Origin: the human T2T-CHM13v2.0 reference genome, Homo sapiens
Reading direction: 5' to 3' (one strand)
NCBI RefSeq assembly: GCF_009914755.1
Contig: NC_060932.1
Length of the DNA: 64,000 nucleotides
Position numbers and translations under genes: made by a program. Positions 40,275 to 58,896 of the stretch are shown here, piece after piece. Within the stretch, counting starts at the first letter, position 1; every line of letters begins with the position of its first letter. The notes below the pieces were generated by a model. That model was not told where the DNA came from. It ran no database searches and saw only the letters and a program-made list of their open reading frames with translations.

Positions 40275-40646
40275 TGTGTCAGTCCATTTTCACGCTGCTG
40301 ATAAAAACATACCTGAGACTAGGCAATTTACAAAAAAAAAGAGGTTTTTTGGACTTACAGTTCCACATGACTGAGGAGGCCTCACAATCATGGCAGAAGG
40401 CAAGGAGGAGCAAGTCACATCTTATGTGAATGGCAGCAGGCAAAAAGAGAGAGCTTGTGCAGGGAAACTCCCATTTTTAAAACCATCAGATCTCATGAGA
40501 CTTGTTCACTATCATGAGAACATCATGGGAAAGACCTGCCCTCATGATTCAATTACTTCCCACCAGGTTCCTCCCATGACATGTGGGAATTGTGGGAGTT
40601 ACAATTCAAGATGAGATTTGGGTGGGAACATAGCCAAACCATATCA
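40275..40646 (-). mobile_element. THE1 (THE1B-like) solo LTR
   Basis: Full LTR TGTGTCAGTCCATTTTCAC...GCCAAACCATATCA; 5-bp TSD GTTAT (40270-40274, 40647-40651). Confidence 0.93.
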
Positions 40647-41049
40647 GTTATCCAGAATCTCATTAAATTAAAAAAAAAAAAGCAAGTACATATAGGACAC
40701 ATATAGGACACTGTCCTATGTGGTTCTGGACTTAATATTTCTGGAGTGATACATAAAAATTGTCAACAATTGTTTCTTAAAGAGAGTATATTTGTGAGTG
40801 AGTTCTTAGAAAAGAGGGCATTTACATTTTAACTTACAACCTTTCATACTATTTTTATTTTTTAAGCATTAATATTTTTAAAATAAAATTGATAATGTTA
40901 TGTACATTATTAAATGCCATTTATAGTGTATTCCTTTGATATTAATCTAAAGATCCCCAACTTAATTTTTAGTGGAAATTGAAAGGAAAACGAAAGAAAA
41001 ATACCTCATTTCATAGTTCTCTGTATAGCTGTTAATTGGAATCTCTCTC

Positions 41050-44000
41050 CCCTTCCCAGAACTCTTTCGCTTTACTCTCTGGAACTCACGGTCCATCATC
41101 AACAAACTGCTTTAATCATTTATTTATTTTATGAACACTCCTTTCGTCCATTTGCATTAACTAAAACATGGTTGTACACTGAAGATGCTGTTCTCCCTAC
41201 CTACCTCTTAAGTGGAATTTGATTTTTCTCCCACACCTTATATCCCCCAATGCCTAATGCTCAGGAGTGTCTTTCATTCACCATATTGCTCCTCCCAAAT
41301 TCTCCTTCCTTCCTCTTTTCTCAGGACTTCTTTGAAGCATGTGTCACCTTTTACCCCTACTGCGTCATCTTCATTCATTGATTAGTTTCATCAGTATCTA
41401 GCTCACTGATTCTCTCAGCACTATTGCAACTGGAACCACAATTAGTGACTTCAACATTCACACACTCTAACCCACTCATCTCTATGACTTATTTAATTAG
41501 TGACCTTTTAGTTCCAGTGATCTCAGCCACCCACTCAAGTTGCTCTACCCTTTTCCTAATGACATCAATAATTTTAGCTAATCTAAAATCTCCAGGTCAA
41601 GCATCTTATCTCTGGCCTTCACTACTATTTCCATCTCACTCCTAGTCCCAGTTCTCTTCCTCCAGAAAGTCTTGAACCTCATTGATACTCCCAATGCATG
41701 GACTGTACTATTTTTTCACTCTGCCTCATTCTCCTCATGTCCTCAATCCCCTCTTTACCCAGACTAAATTCTGTGACTCAGCACATCACATCTCATTGCA
41801 AATAAGCTTGATTCTTAAACTCTCCTCTTGTCTGAAAAATAATCCAATCCTAACTCTGTGCTAAATCTTACTGTCCATGTTCTCATTTCTTTAACAGGGA
41901 AGCTAAATTTTGTGGGGAAAAAACCACATATCTTTACTGACTGGGCTTACTTCACACATTACATTACTCTTCAGAGATCTTATTGCTTCAGTTCCCTTTA
42001 CTTGGTTTCCAGTTTCTAATCTGAAGCGACTATTTCATCCTTCCCCTTTTTTGTCAACATCCCCAATTCCCCATTTCTGATTCACTTTTAAGTAATGGCC
42101 TCATTGTGTATTTCACAGAAAAGAATAGACGAAAACAGACAGGAACTACCTTATCTTCCCACTACAGATTCCACTATTCTTTTTGTATCGGAACTCACAT
42201 ACTCTATCTACTTCTTTTTTTTCTTCAACTTTTATTTTAAGTTCAGGGGTACACGTGCAGGTTGTGCAGGTTTGTTATATAGGTAAATGTGCACCATGGT
42301 GGTTTGCCGCACAGCTCAACCCATTACCCAGGTATTAAGCCCAGTATCCATTAGCTATTCTTCCTGATGCTCTTCCTCCCCCAACCAACCCCTCTAACAG
42401 GCCCCAGTATGTCTTGTTCCTCCCCATGTGTCCTTGCATTCTCATCATTCAGCTCCCACTTATAAGTGAGAAAATGTGGTGTTTCGTTTTATGTTTCTGC
42501 ATTAGTTTTCTGAGGACAATGGCTTCCAACTCCATCCATGTCTCTGCAAAGGATATGATCTTATTCCACTTTATGGCTGCATAGTATTCCATGGTGTATA
42601 TGTACCTTATTTTCTTTATTCAGTTTGTCATTGATGGGCATTTATGTTGATTTCATGTCTTTGCTATTGTGAATAGTGCTGCAATGAACAAACACATTCA
42701 TGTATGTTTATAATAGAATGATTTATATTCCTTTGGGAATATATCCAGTAATGGGGTTACTGGGTCAAATGGTATTTTTGCCTCTAGGTCTTTGAGTAAT
42801 TGCCACACTGTTTTCCACAATGGTTGAACTAATTCACACTCCTAGCAACAGTGTATAAGCATTCCATTTTCTCCACAACTTCAACAGCATGTATTGTTTT
42901 TGACTTTTTAGTAATAACCATTCTGACAGATGTGAAATGGTATCTCATTATGGTTTTGATTAGCATTTCTGTAATGATCAGTGATGATGAGATTTTGTTC
43001 ATGTTTATTGGCCGCATGTATGTCTTCTTTTGGAAAGTGCCTTTTCTTGTTCTTTGCCCATTTTTTAATGTTTTTTTTTTATTGTAAACTAAGTTCCTTA
43101 TAGACTCTGGATATTAGACCTTTGTAAGATGGATAGATTGCAAAAATTTTCTCCTCTCCTGTAGGATGTCTGTTCACCCTGATGATTGTTTCTTTTGCTG
43201 TGCAGAACTCTTTGGTTTAGTCAGATCCAATTTATCAATTTTTGCTTTTTTTGCAATTGCCTTTGACATTTTTCTCATGAAATCTTTGCCCGTGCCTATG
43301 TCCTGAATTGTATTGCCTAGATTTTCTTCTAGGATTTCTTTTTTTAAATAGATGTGGGTTTTACATGTACGTCTTTATTCTATCTTGAGTTAATTTTTGT
43401 GTAAGGTGTGAAAAAGGGGTTTAGTTTCAATTTTCTGCATATGCCTTCTTATTAAAATAAATTTTCCTTCTCTTATTAAAAATTGTGTTTTCTGTCTTGT
43501 TTTCCTAAGGAATTTGGGAAGGAATCCCTGAAATAACACACTTTTTCTCCTGCATTATTTATTTCTCTCTCTGAACTGGCTCATACTAATTGGCTTGCAA
43601 ATATGCCTTTAGATTATACAGCTTAAAAAGTAAAACAACCCAAACTTTCCCTTAATCTAAAGTGTCTTTTGGCCTGTACCCATTTTTTTCCTGTAACTCT
43701 TCACAACAGGACTCCTCCAAACAGTTGTGTATATTTGTTATCTGTCTTTCTTTCCCTTCCATTTTCTCTTTAATTAACAAGAATGTGGAGGGTTTTTTGT
43801 TTTGTTTTGTTTTTCCTCACTGTTTCAGTGACCTTGTGAAGGTCACCAGCGACCTATATTTTGCCAGTCAATGCCCATTCTTCTCCTTCTGTTGCTTCTC
43901 TCTGTAGCATGTGATGTGGCTGACAGTCTCACCTCAAGCCCTTTCCTACAGTCTTTCACACTGCTGCATTCATGAAGATTGCTACCTGCCTTGCTAGGGC

Positions 44001-44245
44001 CCTTTCTCAGTCTCCTGTTCTCAGTCCCCATCCTCTTACATTCCTCTACCTTTTGCCCGGGGCTCTGAACCTGGCCCTCATTCTTGCTCTATTTCCTCTT
44101 TATGAAATTTTCTTGTGTAATTGTTTAGGGTCTTATTGCTTACTTTCACTAGGTTGTAACTTGTAAGTCTTGCTTACTGTGCTGTTTACAGCACCTAATA
44201 TAGTGTTCGACATAGGGCGAGTCATCAAGAAATGTTTGCTGAATA
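41050..44245 (+). mobile_element. Degenerate L2 interrupted by L1
   Basis: CT-rich L2-like body; 3' end-like CAGCACCTAATATAGTG...AAATGTTTGCTGAAT at ~44190-44245. Confidence 0.55.
42211..43443 (-). mobile_element. L1PA/L1PB 3' end, 5'-truncated
   Basis: ACTTTTATTTTAAGTTCAGGGGTACA 3'UTR start; ORF2 C-terminus MRYHFTSVRMVITKKS (ORF 42829..43017). Confidence 0.93.
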
Positions 44246-45129
44246 CCTGAAAAAACAGTACAACTTACTAAAAACTCTATTTTAAAGCATACATCTATTA
44301 CTTCAACAAATACTCCCTGTGTGCCTTCTGAGCACCAGGTACTATGGTAGGCAGTGGGGCTATAAAGGATGCCATCTCTACCCTTAAAGACCTGATGGCC
44401 TACCACAGAGAGAGATGTAAAACTTCAATTCAGATTGAGAAGAGAAAGGTGGGAAACTTTTCAGTAAAATCAGGACAAGATGGCCCTTTAGATTACTATT
44501 GAAAGCAACACACAGTTTAAGACTTTCGCACCAAGATAAAAGGCAATTTCGAAGAGAAATGCATCATTTGGAAACACATCCATAGATGGAAGCCTCTGAT
44601 GTAAAGTTTAATGACTATGGTCTCACATGACCCCATTTTGGCAGCCATTAGCTAGAATGCTCCAAATGACCTAACTGGGTGGGAGAAAAACCATTTCTAA
44701 AAACACCCAAGTCACATAACACTTCATTACTCAAAGATAATATCTTCAGTCATCCTTTGAGCAGTAAATCAGCAAAATTATAGCAACAGGATTGCAATAC
44801 ATTCAGAATTACAGCACAATCTGTCTTCACTAAATTTTTATTATAGATTTTGGCATTTAATATATGACAATATATGTATCTAGAAGTTTGGAATTTGGTC
44901 CTAATAACTCATTTTATGGGCAACAAGAAGAGAATACAAACTATGCAATACAATAAATGCTGGCAAGGAACTTCAAGAGGTCCTTCTTCCATTCAGCTTT
45001 AGGTCTCTTTCTCATGTCCAAGACAGCACTCCTCTCCATGCTTACTTTCTCTTCATTCCAAGAGTCTCCAGAGACTCAGCCAACTTCTCTCCCCTTTTCA
45101 AAACAATGCTGATTGTGTGCCAAGTTGTG

Positions 45130-46400
45130 AAGAATATCCCATTTACAATAGCAGCAAGAATTCCAAAATATTAGGGACTAAACTTAAGAAGGAACATGGA
45201 AGTCCAAACTGAAAAAAAGGAAACTTTAATAAAGAACATGAAAAAAGATCTAAATATATCAAAAGGCAAACAATCCATATTTACAAATGATGAGACTTAA
45301 TTGTGTAAATATATAGGTTCTTCCAAAATTATAAATTATTTGAAATTCTATGAAATTCTCAATAGGATTTTTTAAGAACTTTAAGTTTATCTAGAAGATT
45401 ATGCAGAACTTTTGGAAGATTAAAAAAGAAGGAAAGGGGAATTTGCTTTTCTGATATGAAAACTCACTGTTATTATAGTAATGCAAGTTTCATAAAACCC
45501 ATTTTGGAGTAGATGAATGAATGTAAGGAATAGACTGAAGAATACAAAATATGACTCATGTAGGTAGGGATTAACATATGAGTGTATAAGTTAGAGTTCC
45601 TAGTTGCAAGCAACAGCAATGAACACTGATTAATTCAGAAATTTTCTGAGTAGCTCACAAAATGGAGGCTGTTCTAAACAAATAGGTCCCAATAAAGGCC
45701 AGAGAAGTTCTGGGGTTTTCACTATTTAAAAAAAGAAACAAAAACAGCTCCTGGGTTATCTTGAGATGCTGCCAATGAGAGATTCAGTTCTAGCTGTCTT
45801 TTGTCATGGTGTATCAGCTCTTATGATTCAAATTTCAGACAGACATAATTAGACCGACCTTCCTTGGGTGATTTGATCATTCCTCTTTCCCCAGTGGATC
45901 AGATTATATTATTGACAGCCCTGTGAGAAATGCATGGAAGAAAGGATTGATAATTCTCTTTCAAAGAAGATGGAACTATATTTGGTAGAAGGTAGCTGGA
46001 TGTGATGTTGGTCAGATATAAGAGCAGCTGTCCAACATATGCTAAAGACACTATTTTAAGTTAGTGGAGAAAAGATGGAACTTTTGTTGGGACAATTTGA
46101 TTTTTTTTAGAAACAGAAAGTTAAATAGACTTAGCTTAACTTACTGTATAGCATATACAACAATAAATTAAATAACCAAATAAATAATAATAATGAAACA
46201 AAACTGAAAGCTTGGAAGAATACATTAAAGGATTTTTTATAATCTTGAGGTGAGATAGGCCTGATTCAGGGGAGGAGAGCGATATGCTTGAATGGCTAAC
46301 ATTTTAAAATTGTATAAAATAATAGGCATAAAGGATTTGGCAGAATGGAAGTGATGAAAAGAGTGAGATGTTAAAGATCTGGAGATGTGAATAAAAATTT
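45130..46400 (+). mobile_element. Old L1M ORF2 fragments with a probable nested MLT LTR (~45585-46030)
   Basis: ATCCCATTTACAATAGCAGCAA...AAGATCTAAATA L1 ORF2-like; TTCCTAGTTGCAAGCAACAG MLT-like. Confidence 0.5.
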
Positions 46401-46435
46401 TTTTAACTTTTTATTCCATAAACACCTGTGCTTTT

Positions 46436-46551
46436 ATATATATATGTGGGTATATATATATATATATGTATGTGTATATATATGTGTGTGTATATATATG
46501 TGTATATATATGTGTATATGTGTATGTGTGTGTGTGTGTATATATATATAT
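46436..46551. repeat. (TA)n/(TG)n compound microsatellite
   Basis: Directly visible. Confidence 0.95.
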
Positions 46552-47729
46552 CTGACAGAACCAATTGTTGCCCTTTGTGTTCTCCTCAAAAGTTACTTGA
46601 AGGGTGAGATGACAGCTACCTGGCTTCCCCCTTCATTTCCTACTTAGTACCAGGAACATAAAGGGAGAACAATAAATGCGTGGTTTTTATTTGTTTGTTT
46701 TTCAAAGTTAAAAGTGTCATTTTGTTTGGTTGGTTGGTTTGGTTTTAAGAATTTTCTTCTATAGGTAAATGGTGCAGACAAATGAATTCAATAGTCTCAA
46801 AAATAACATGGATAAGAAACCTTTAAAATATTCCAAAAGTAATAGTACCAGTCTTCTTTGGCAAGGTTGCAGTTGACAGTATAATCAGATGCTTGTCTTT
46901 GATTTTATTCCAGAAGCTCTCAAAGTTCCCAGCAACTGCTGAACCTTCTTTTGGCACTTAAGAATTATTTTGCCTCAACTGGGGCATTTTGCCATCTCTA
47001 GTTTGTCTCATACTGGGTGGTATCCTCTGCAATGTCTATTCTGTATGTCACCCCAACATTAATTCTTAAACTTCTTTTGGCATCAGATCCCCACATTTGT
47101 TTTCCAAGGAGAGGGCCTAGTACATTGTTTTTGACCTAAGATACTGATTCCTTAACCAAGCTGATCAAGCAGAGGCTCTCCCTAGTATTTTCTTGTTTAG
47201 CAGGGATAAACAGAAGTGAAAGGTGGAAGCAGCTGAGACAGTTGATGGCAAAATCTTAGAAAGAAGGTCCTCAGATTCCTGTTGCTCAGATCCTTCCCTT
47301 CTCAAGTCTTGGCTATTTAACTCTTCCTTTAATGGATGAGCTACAGCGTGTTCTTTCATTAAATCTCTTTTTATTTTCCTCATTACTTGAATATTTTACT
47401 ATCTTAATCTCTGTGCACTTTTACTCCTGTTACAGTTATTGTGATTTCAGTATCAATCTGGGTATCATTTTACCACCAGACCTTTTAGATTATGTAATGT
47501 TCTTCTTTTCCATCTCAGGTCAACTGCCCATTTACATGGTGATTACACCTGCTGAACCCTGTCATTTTAAGTCTAAGCATTCCATTCTCTGACTACCATC
47601 CTTTTTAAATTTAGTGCACCCCACTTGTACTTTAATTCCAACAACTCCGTGGGAACTTTCTGATCCATTGATTCTGTGACTTTTTCATTGTCTTTCATTC
47701 CTCTCCCATGACCTCACATTCCTTCTTCT

Positions 47730-48597
47730 TTTTTTTTTTTTTTTATTATACTTTAAGTTCTAGGGTACATGTGTGCAACGTGCAGGTTTGTTACATATGT
47801 ATACATGTGCCATGTTGGTGTGCTGCACCCATTAACTCATCATTTAACATTAGGTATATCTCCTAATGCTATACCTCCCCCCTTCCCCACCCCACAACAG
47901 GCTCCAGTGTGTGATGTTCCCCTTCCTGTGTCCATGTGTTCTCATTGTTCAGTTCCCACCTATGAGTGAGAACATGCGGTGTTTGGTTTTTTGTCCTTGC
48001 CATAGTTTACTGAAAATGATGGTTTCCAGTTTCATCCATGTCCCTACAAAGGACATGAACTCATCATTTTTTATGGCTGCATAGTATTCCATGGTGTATA
48101 TGTGTCACATTTTCTTGATCCAGTCTATCATTGTTGGATATTTGGGTTGGTTCCAAGTCTTTGCTATTGTGAATAGTGCCGCAATAAACATACGTGTGCA
48201 TGTGTCTTTATAGCACCATGTTTTATAATCCTTTGGGTATATACCCAGTAATGGGATTGCTGGGTCAAATGGTATTTCCAGTTCTAGATCCCTGAGGAAT
48301 CGCCACACTGACTTCCACAATGGTTGAACTAGTTTACAGTACCACCAACATTGTAAAAGTGTTCCTGTTTCTCCACATCCTCTCCAGCACCTGTTGTTTC
48401 CTGACTTTTTAATGATCGCTATTCTAACTGGTGTGAGATGTATCTCATTGTGGTTTTGATTTGCATTTCTCTGATGGCCAGTGATGATGAGCATTTTTTC
48501 ACGTATCTGTTGGCTGCATAAATGTCTTCTTTTGAGAAGTGTCTGTTCATATCCTTCGCCCACTTGTTGATGGGGTTGTTTGTTTTTTTCTTGTAAA
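47730..48597 (-). mobile_element. Primate L1PA 3' end, 5'-truncated
   Basis: Poly-T, TTATTATACTTTAAGTTCTAGGGTACATG; ORF2 C-terminus [28 protein letters not shown] (ORF 48105..48617). Confidence 0.96.
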
Positions 48598-48609
48598 CTG
48601 GAGTTCTTC

Positions 48610-51300
<2,691 letters not shown>

Positions 51301-52098
51301 AAAAATCTAGTCAGAGTTGGTTTCTTTTGCTTGCTTCCAAAGAAACATTAACTGAAAGAAAATTCTATTCAATTTCCTCATCATTCATTTAAGTATTTCC
51401 TTTGGTCCAAAAAAGAGTCTATTCTTTCTCAGTCTACTTTTTCCATAAGCATATAAATTAACCCTTAATCCATGAAATTATTATTTATATTTAATTTGTT
51501 TTCCATAAGGTATTCCACTCTTTTTGCTAAGCTTTGGCTAGCACTAACTCTTACTTAAATGCACTGAATTGAACCTTTATGTAACAAAAACATCGTTAAA
51601 TCCTCAGATACTGCTTGATGGGTACCGTTATGCTCCTCAGTCTCTGCTCAGTTAGGCTACGTAAAATTCTTTTAATCATTTTTCTGAAATCCTTGGAGCT
51701 TGTTAATTGCTTTTTTTCCTCTGATTTTTTTCCAAATTGATGATTCTTCCCTTCCCGCCAATTACATTTCCTAGCTCTTCCTACTATTTTTAAGGAAATG
51801 AAATGCTTAGTTACACAGCTAAGGAAATTAAGGCAGGACTTTTAAAGAGACAAATCCTTGAATACTTTTTAACAACTGGTGTATTTTGCTCCCTTCTAAT
51901 CTGCTTGGTCTTCAATGATGCCTTTTCTTGCTGCCTTTTCTTTAAAGTTAAAGTTAGGATCTTTTGTATATACAAGCTTGTAGTTAAATATATAGTAATG
52001 AAGATGGAACTGTAGGCCAGCTCAATGTAGCCATGCTTTGTGCAAGTTCAGCAATAGATGACACTGTGTTGACACAATAATTCAATCCTCTCCTTGCC

Positions 52099-52140
<42 letters not shown>
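52099..52140. repeat. (AGAT)10 tetranucleotide microsatellite
   Basis: Perfect repeat. Confidence 0.97.
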
Positions 52141-55100
52141 CAATTTACTAATGCATTTATTCATTTCATTCACTAAATATTTAGTGATATCTTCCTTGGG
52201 GTTAATATAGAAGCCTGAGAACAAAATAGATTCCATTCTTGCGGCCACAATGGACAGCAGGTCCTTTGCAATATAATGGTAATATTTTGGTATTTTTTTC
52301 AGAAAAAAATGAGTGATAGGGACTAGTATTCCAAGACATTAAAGCTACATGGGATCACAGAGATTACATAATGCCATATTTTTATTTACCGGCCATAAAA
52401 GTAAGTATGTCCTAGAAAGCTTAAGTTACTTGCTTTTTGTAGCTGACATTTAATAATGGAGCTAGCCACTAGGTCTTGCTTCCTGACATTGCATTGATTT
52501 TATGCTAGATATTATCATTAATCATAGATCTGGAATTGATTCAGAATTTTGCCAAGAGAAATTCTGCGTGCCCTGAAATAAAATTTTAAAATATTGCATT
52601 TGAATTTTCAAGGAAAGGCAGAATTGTTTTGGTGCTTAGTAAAATAGTCTATGGATCATGTAACAACTCAACTAGAATTAAAACTCACACCACTAGTTTC
52701 TTACTAGGGTCAACATGCCAGCTAACATCACTATGAATTTAATAGTGAAATATATTTGCATTAATGTAGTTTTCTGTTAGCCTGGCTATCTTGTAAAGAG
52801 TATTTTAGATTCTTGATTCAATCACCTCTTTAACATGGATTGCCCAGAGCTAGTGAAAAACTGGTTTAATTCTTTTTTCTAAAGGTCATGTAAACATGTA
52901 TGCTTAGTGAATTAGATGCAAATTCAATTCCCTAAGCTCAGTGCTTCCTAGTTAAGTTCCTTTCTTATTCTTCACATGTAAGCCCACATTTGATGGCAGA
53001 ATATTGACTTTTGAGCTACAGTAAAAATAAAAATAAAACAAAAATATTTGACATTTGCTCCATAAAGCAGACAGATAGGGAATTCAGTGGAAAGAAATAT
53101 TATTTCTCAAAACATATTTTGGTATTATTATTTCTCTTTCTTTATGAGGTATATGTATGACTTTTCTTTTTTGGCATTCTTTTTAGAGAAACAGATATGA
53201 TTTAACACTCTATATTGACTTAAATAAGGCAGATTTAAATACAACACAGGATTACAAGTTATGAGATTAAAATATTTAATGAAATGCAAAACTGTATCAT
53301 GCTATATAAAGACAAAAGAGGTTTACAAAACAGTATGCACATTAGTATTCCATTTTTGTTTATGAAAACTATATAAATACAGGTCAAATATTAACAGTGT
53401 TATCTTTGGGCGATGAGAAACAGGATTTTACTTTTTTCTTCATGCACTTTGCTATTTTCTCAATTTACTGCAATGAATACATGTTATCTTTTGATAATAA
53501 AAAAGAGATTATTAAAATATAAGTCTCTTCTATCTTTTGTCTTATTTGGAGGTCCAAAATAAGTGCCAATATTATACCAAAAATCCAATCTCATTTCAGT
53601 TTAAAATTTAATACTATATATAAATTAAGTTCAAGGAATAGCAATTAGTTTATTTTTCAGCATCATGATAACTCAAATCAAAGCAGTGTTACAAACTACA
53701 TTTCAATGGTATAGTATTTGTTCACTCTATTTTCGAGCAAAACTACGCACAATAAAAAGAAATTATGATCTTGACTATTTTCTCATAGAAGAAAAACAAA
53801 AGATCTAGTTTTAAAAACTCTATTGATGAACTTCATCAATATGATATTTTCTGCCTTTTGGATTATTTCCTTGGCATAAATTCCAGAAATACTAGTTTAA
53901 AGGGTGTGGACATAGTTATGGCTTTTAAAACATAAGGTAACATTTTTTTTCCCTGAAAGACTTATTCAATTTAAACCACCAATAGCAAAGGATAAATTTA
54001 TACTACTTTGCAAAAACTACTTTCACATGGGGTTATAACATTACTTTAAAACTTTACTAATTTAATAATATACAAGGGTAACATTTAAAAATTTTACCTT
54101 CTTTTAATAACCAGTGAGTGTGAGCATGTTCCCATATGTTTGTTTACTAATTATCAACTGTCTCTTCATCTTTTTACCATATTAGTGTCTTGATGTTTTC
54201 TTATGAATTTTTATGAGCTCTTACACATGAATTAACCCTTTCTACAGATATGCTCTTCGTGGTTATTTTATTTTATATGTTTTTTTCTGTGGTATAAACA
54301 TTTAAATTTATTACAATTAAACCGGCTAATGTCATTTTTTGTTATTTTTCCTATTTATTAGCATTTAAAGCATTACTGTACTTTCACATTAACCCTAAAC
54401 ATGCTTCTTAATTTGACCAGTATAAACCCAGATATGATGTGGTCTTATCTGATACCAATCTTGAAACTTTATTTATGATTTCATAGCATTCTCCAAGATA
54501 TACTCATGAGTCATATAGATTTTGCGAAAGATTTCATGGGGAAGAAAAGAAAAGGTATTACAAGATACACTGCATGGCAATAATAAATACTGAATGCTTA
54601 ATAACTACTGAATTTTCAGTAAGCATCCCTGTTCTCCTCAAATTCCCCTTATTTATGTCAAAACCTTCTTTTATTTTCCTATTGTCTTGTCTTTCCATGT
54701 TTTTTTTTTCCTTTACAGTCTCTGAAATCCTATTTCCTGAAACAACTCAGTGCTTGCTCTAAGTATGCATGCCTAATCTGAATTGGGACAAAAAAGCTCT
54801 ATATTCAACTGAGCTTAGTGACTTAAAACTCAACAAGTGACTGTCTCCTATTGCTCAAGCTTGCTCTTTGAGGTTTCATTATCTTACCTTATGCAGCTAA
54901 CCTAAGTATTAGCTCAATAAAAACTGGTCATTTCTTAGGAACAAATTCAATTGCTGAGACAAATACAATTTTTCCCCAATTGTTACACTGGTATTTTCAT
55001 TCCAGTATCATGTTTAAAATTCAACCTTTTATTCTAACTTTAATCTTTTTTTGTAACACTTACAGAGCTAAGTTAATTGTCTTTCAAAATACAAACAAGT

Positions 55101-56040
55101 TTAACAAACATTTATTAGATAAATATTAAATGATGAATTAATTCATATTTATTGACTATTTGGACAAGGCTCTGGAGGTCTCTGCTTTTACGAAACTCAC
55201 AGAAAAGGAAAGAGACAAAGAAATAACTCAGTATAATGAAACATGACCAGTATTACAACAGAGATAAGTGTAAAATATTACAGGAAACCCTGAGATTATT
55301 TAACAGAAATTGGATATGCGAAGCCTTTATAAGGGGACAAACTGAAAGGCCAAGCAGAGAAAGTGGGAATAGACTTCTACCAAGAAGGAAAAGCATTTGA
55401 AAGGAGTGAATGAAACAACATATGGATTCTCAACATCTCCCCACTCTCTCAAGGAAGCAAAAATCACTGTATAAATCAAGAAAGCCAGATTGCAGCACTT
55501 TTACTGTTAGAGTGTGGCCCTCCTGAAACTTAGGCAGGGGGAGTAATCTCCTGAATTAATGACTGATTAATAAAATAATATTAAAGTTTGCTATGACTAT
55601 TATTTTTACTACTACTATTATTATTATGCTGGAGTCATGAAGGCAGCTTTTCTCTTTCACCAAAGTGAAACTGACAAAGCAGAATCATTGGTAAGATATT
55701 TCTACAGAGAGCAACTAGCTTCAGACAAATCAATGCAACTTAAAACATTTTGACAACAACTGTAAAGAGAGTTCTTATTTTCAGGTTTTGTTATAGGCTT
55801 CTAGTATCTTACCTTCAATTAAAAAATGCAAATTGCTGAAACATCACTAGAAGTCATATCCAAACAATACATTATGATGTGTTTCTCTAAATAATATAAT
55901 GTGAATCCACGGAAAACTCAGAAATTATTAAATATTCTATGCTCAGAATAGAAGGTGAAAAAAATTCATTATATCCTGAAATATTTACAAAGCCTCACAA
56001 GATATTTATTGGTATTTATTAGAACATACATTTGTATGTA

Positions 56041-56081
56041 ACACACACACACACACACACACACAGAGACACACACACACA
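56041..56081. repeat. (CA)n microsatellite, interrupted
   Basis: Directly visible. Confidence 0.95.
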
Positions 56082-58089
56082 GCCAAATGTTATTTGGGCA
56101 TTGGCATAACAAGTAATATATTATTTGTTGTTTGCAGAAGTGCATATATAGATCTGCATTTATAATTATTTGGTGAATTTCAGAAGGTAACTATATAAGA
56201 ATTTGAAAGTCATGCAACTTATAGCATTATTCAGGCCTATTCATAAAGACTTATTTCCCTGGACTATCTTTAAAAACATATGTGTTTGAGTGTGCCTTTT
56301 GTCATACTTCACTTTTCTTATATATTGTGACATAGTAAGGCAATAAAACAACCAAAGCAAATAGCTATACAAGCAGAAAGAAAAAGCGTAAAAAGAAAAA
56401 ATAATTTCTATTGATTTTGTTCTATAAAAAGCAATTGCTTTCTCATGTTATTTTTAGTTGATACTTCATTTTCTTCTCTCTCTTTTATTTAAACTTGTAG
56501 TGGTTGAAGAAAGATACACCACCACAGGAGTAAAAGTATAGCGGGCTTACAAAAAATTAAACACGTTTGCCTGTTGAGTTTGAAAATATGGAAAATAGCC
56601 ATCGTATTGTCTACCAATTCATTACATAGAGTCATTTGTTCTAGGTGGAGAAAAAAATACTTTGAGCAGAGACTTATCAGAAAGATCTAAAATACAGTGT
56701 AAAAACCTGTCTGAAAGTGCAGTACATTTTATGCAATCTAATACAAAGCAGTTCACACATTTATGAATCCATGGAAAGCACAGCAGGTACAGAAGGCACC
56801 GGTTACTAGTAGTGTCTAGACATGGAGAAACTATGACCTCAGTTAGTGCAACCCAGTATTTACTTTTCCTTCCCAATGAGTGCACCTCATGATCTCAGTA
56901 TGCAGGACAGCTGAGAGAGGGGCGAAAAACAAATTCTGAGCTCGGCAGCCATCTTCAAACCACAGTAAGGGCATAGAGACTTCAGAATGTAGGAAAATTT
57001 TCAGGAGGAGACCTACTTAGACTGCATATAAAAATATTTCTGTTGGAAAAGCCATCTTTTAAAAAATGTATTGTGAGAAAAAGGTGCATATCAAAATCAA
57101 TCATCTCCTTTATCAATTAATGAGCTAATGAAGCTTCTATACCATCAATAGTAAAGAACATCTTTAAATATGTCTTATATTAATGCTATGGATACCAACT
57201 TCTAATTTTCTCTCATTTAGCCTCTGGATCATTTGTATCATAGTTTAATGTTCTCAGAAGATTAAGACATTTTGCATTTGACCTAAATTTGGCAAGCTTT
57301 TGTTTGACCCAACCAAGTAGTTGATCTTTCTGATTAAGAGATCATAGAAAATTACCACCTTTCCTGCCTTTTAATTTTTCATGGTAAAATCAAGCTACTT
57401 GGGATTTTATGGGTTATTTATAAATTTGAGTGGTCACAAAAAGAAGTACAAATGTTCCCAAATTCCATTTTAAAGTGTCTTGGTGTCCTTATAGCATCAG
57501 AGTGTGCCACTTGTTCGCACAAAGCATCATACTGTGCACATCATTTCTAGCTGTGCCGTCAGGGCTTGCAGGTTCTGTCCTGCCAGGCTTCCTCTGGCCG
57601 AGACCTGGGGCGTTTCCTGCCAGGACCTGCCTAATAACAAAGGGGCCACCTCCAAATTTTGTGTATCTCACCAGACTCGTATAACTCTCTAAGCTGCCAA
57701 CATACCCCATCATGGTATTTAAGAGACATTTGAAAAAAATAATAATCAGAAACAGAATGAAAAAAAACCATAATGCTTCTTCCAACCAATTAACCAACCA
57801 ATAAAAAACAGGACTAGAGGTAGTCAATGAGGCTAGTTCTTTTTTTCCTTCCACATAGACATTATGCATGTAAGGGGAGATACAGACATGTGAATATTTC
57901 TATCATATAAGAGGGGAATAGGACGCAGATGGGATTTTGAGATCTAGAATTCAGGCAACAGAAGGAAACCAGCTCTTACCTCGGTGCATGTTGAGGAAGA
58001 AAATGGAGAGGAAGGGAACTGGGGAGCCTGAGGGATGGCCAACTTCCTGGAATGTCAACTTAATATATTTGAATGCAGTTGAGTCCACC

Positions 58090-58896
<807 letters not shown>

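Noticed and set aside
43840-43856. ERE-like AGGTCAccagCGACCT
   Set aside because: Wrong spacer length and a mismatch; lies within L2-like sequence
53821-53841. Perfect 10-bp-arm palindrome TATTGATGAA-C-TTCATCAATA
   Set aside because: AT-rich and short; plausible by chance in 64 kb
57430-57869. Overlapping ORFs in a GC-elevated patch
   Set aside because: No recognisable homology or splice context; may be regulatory but unsupported
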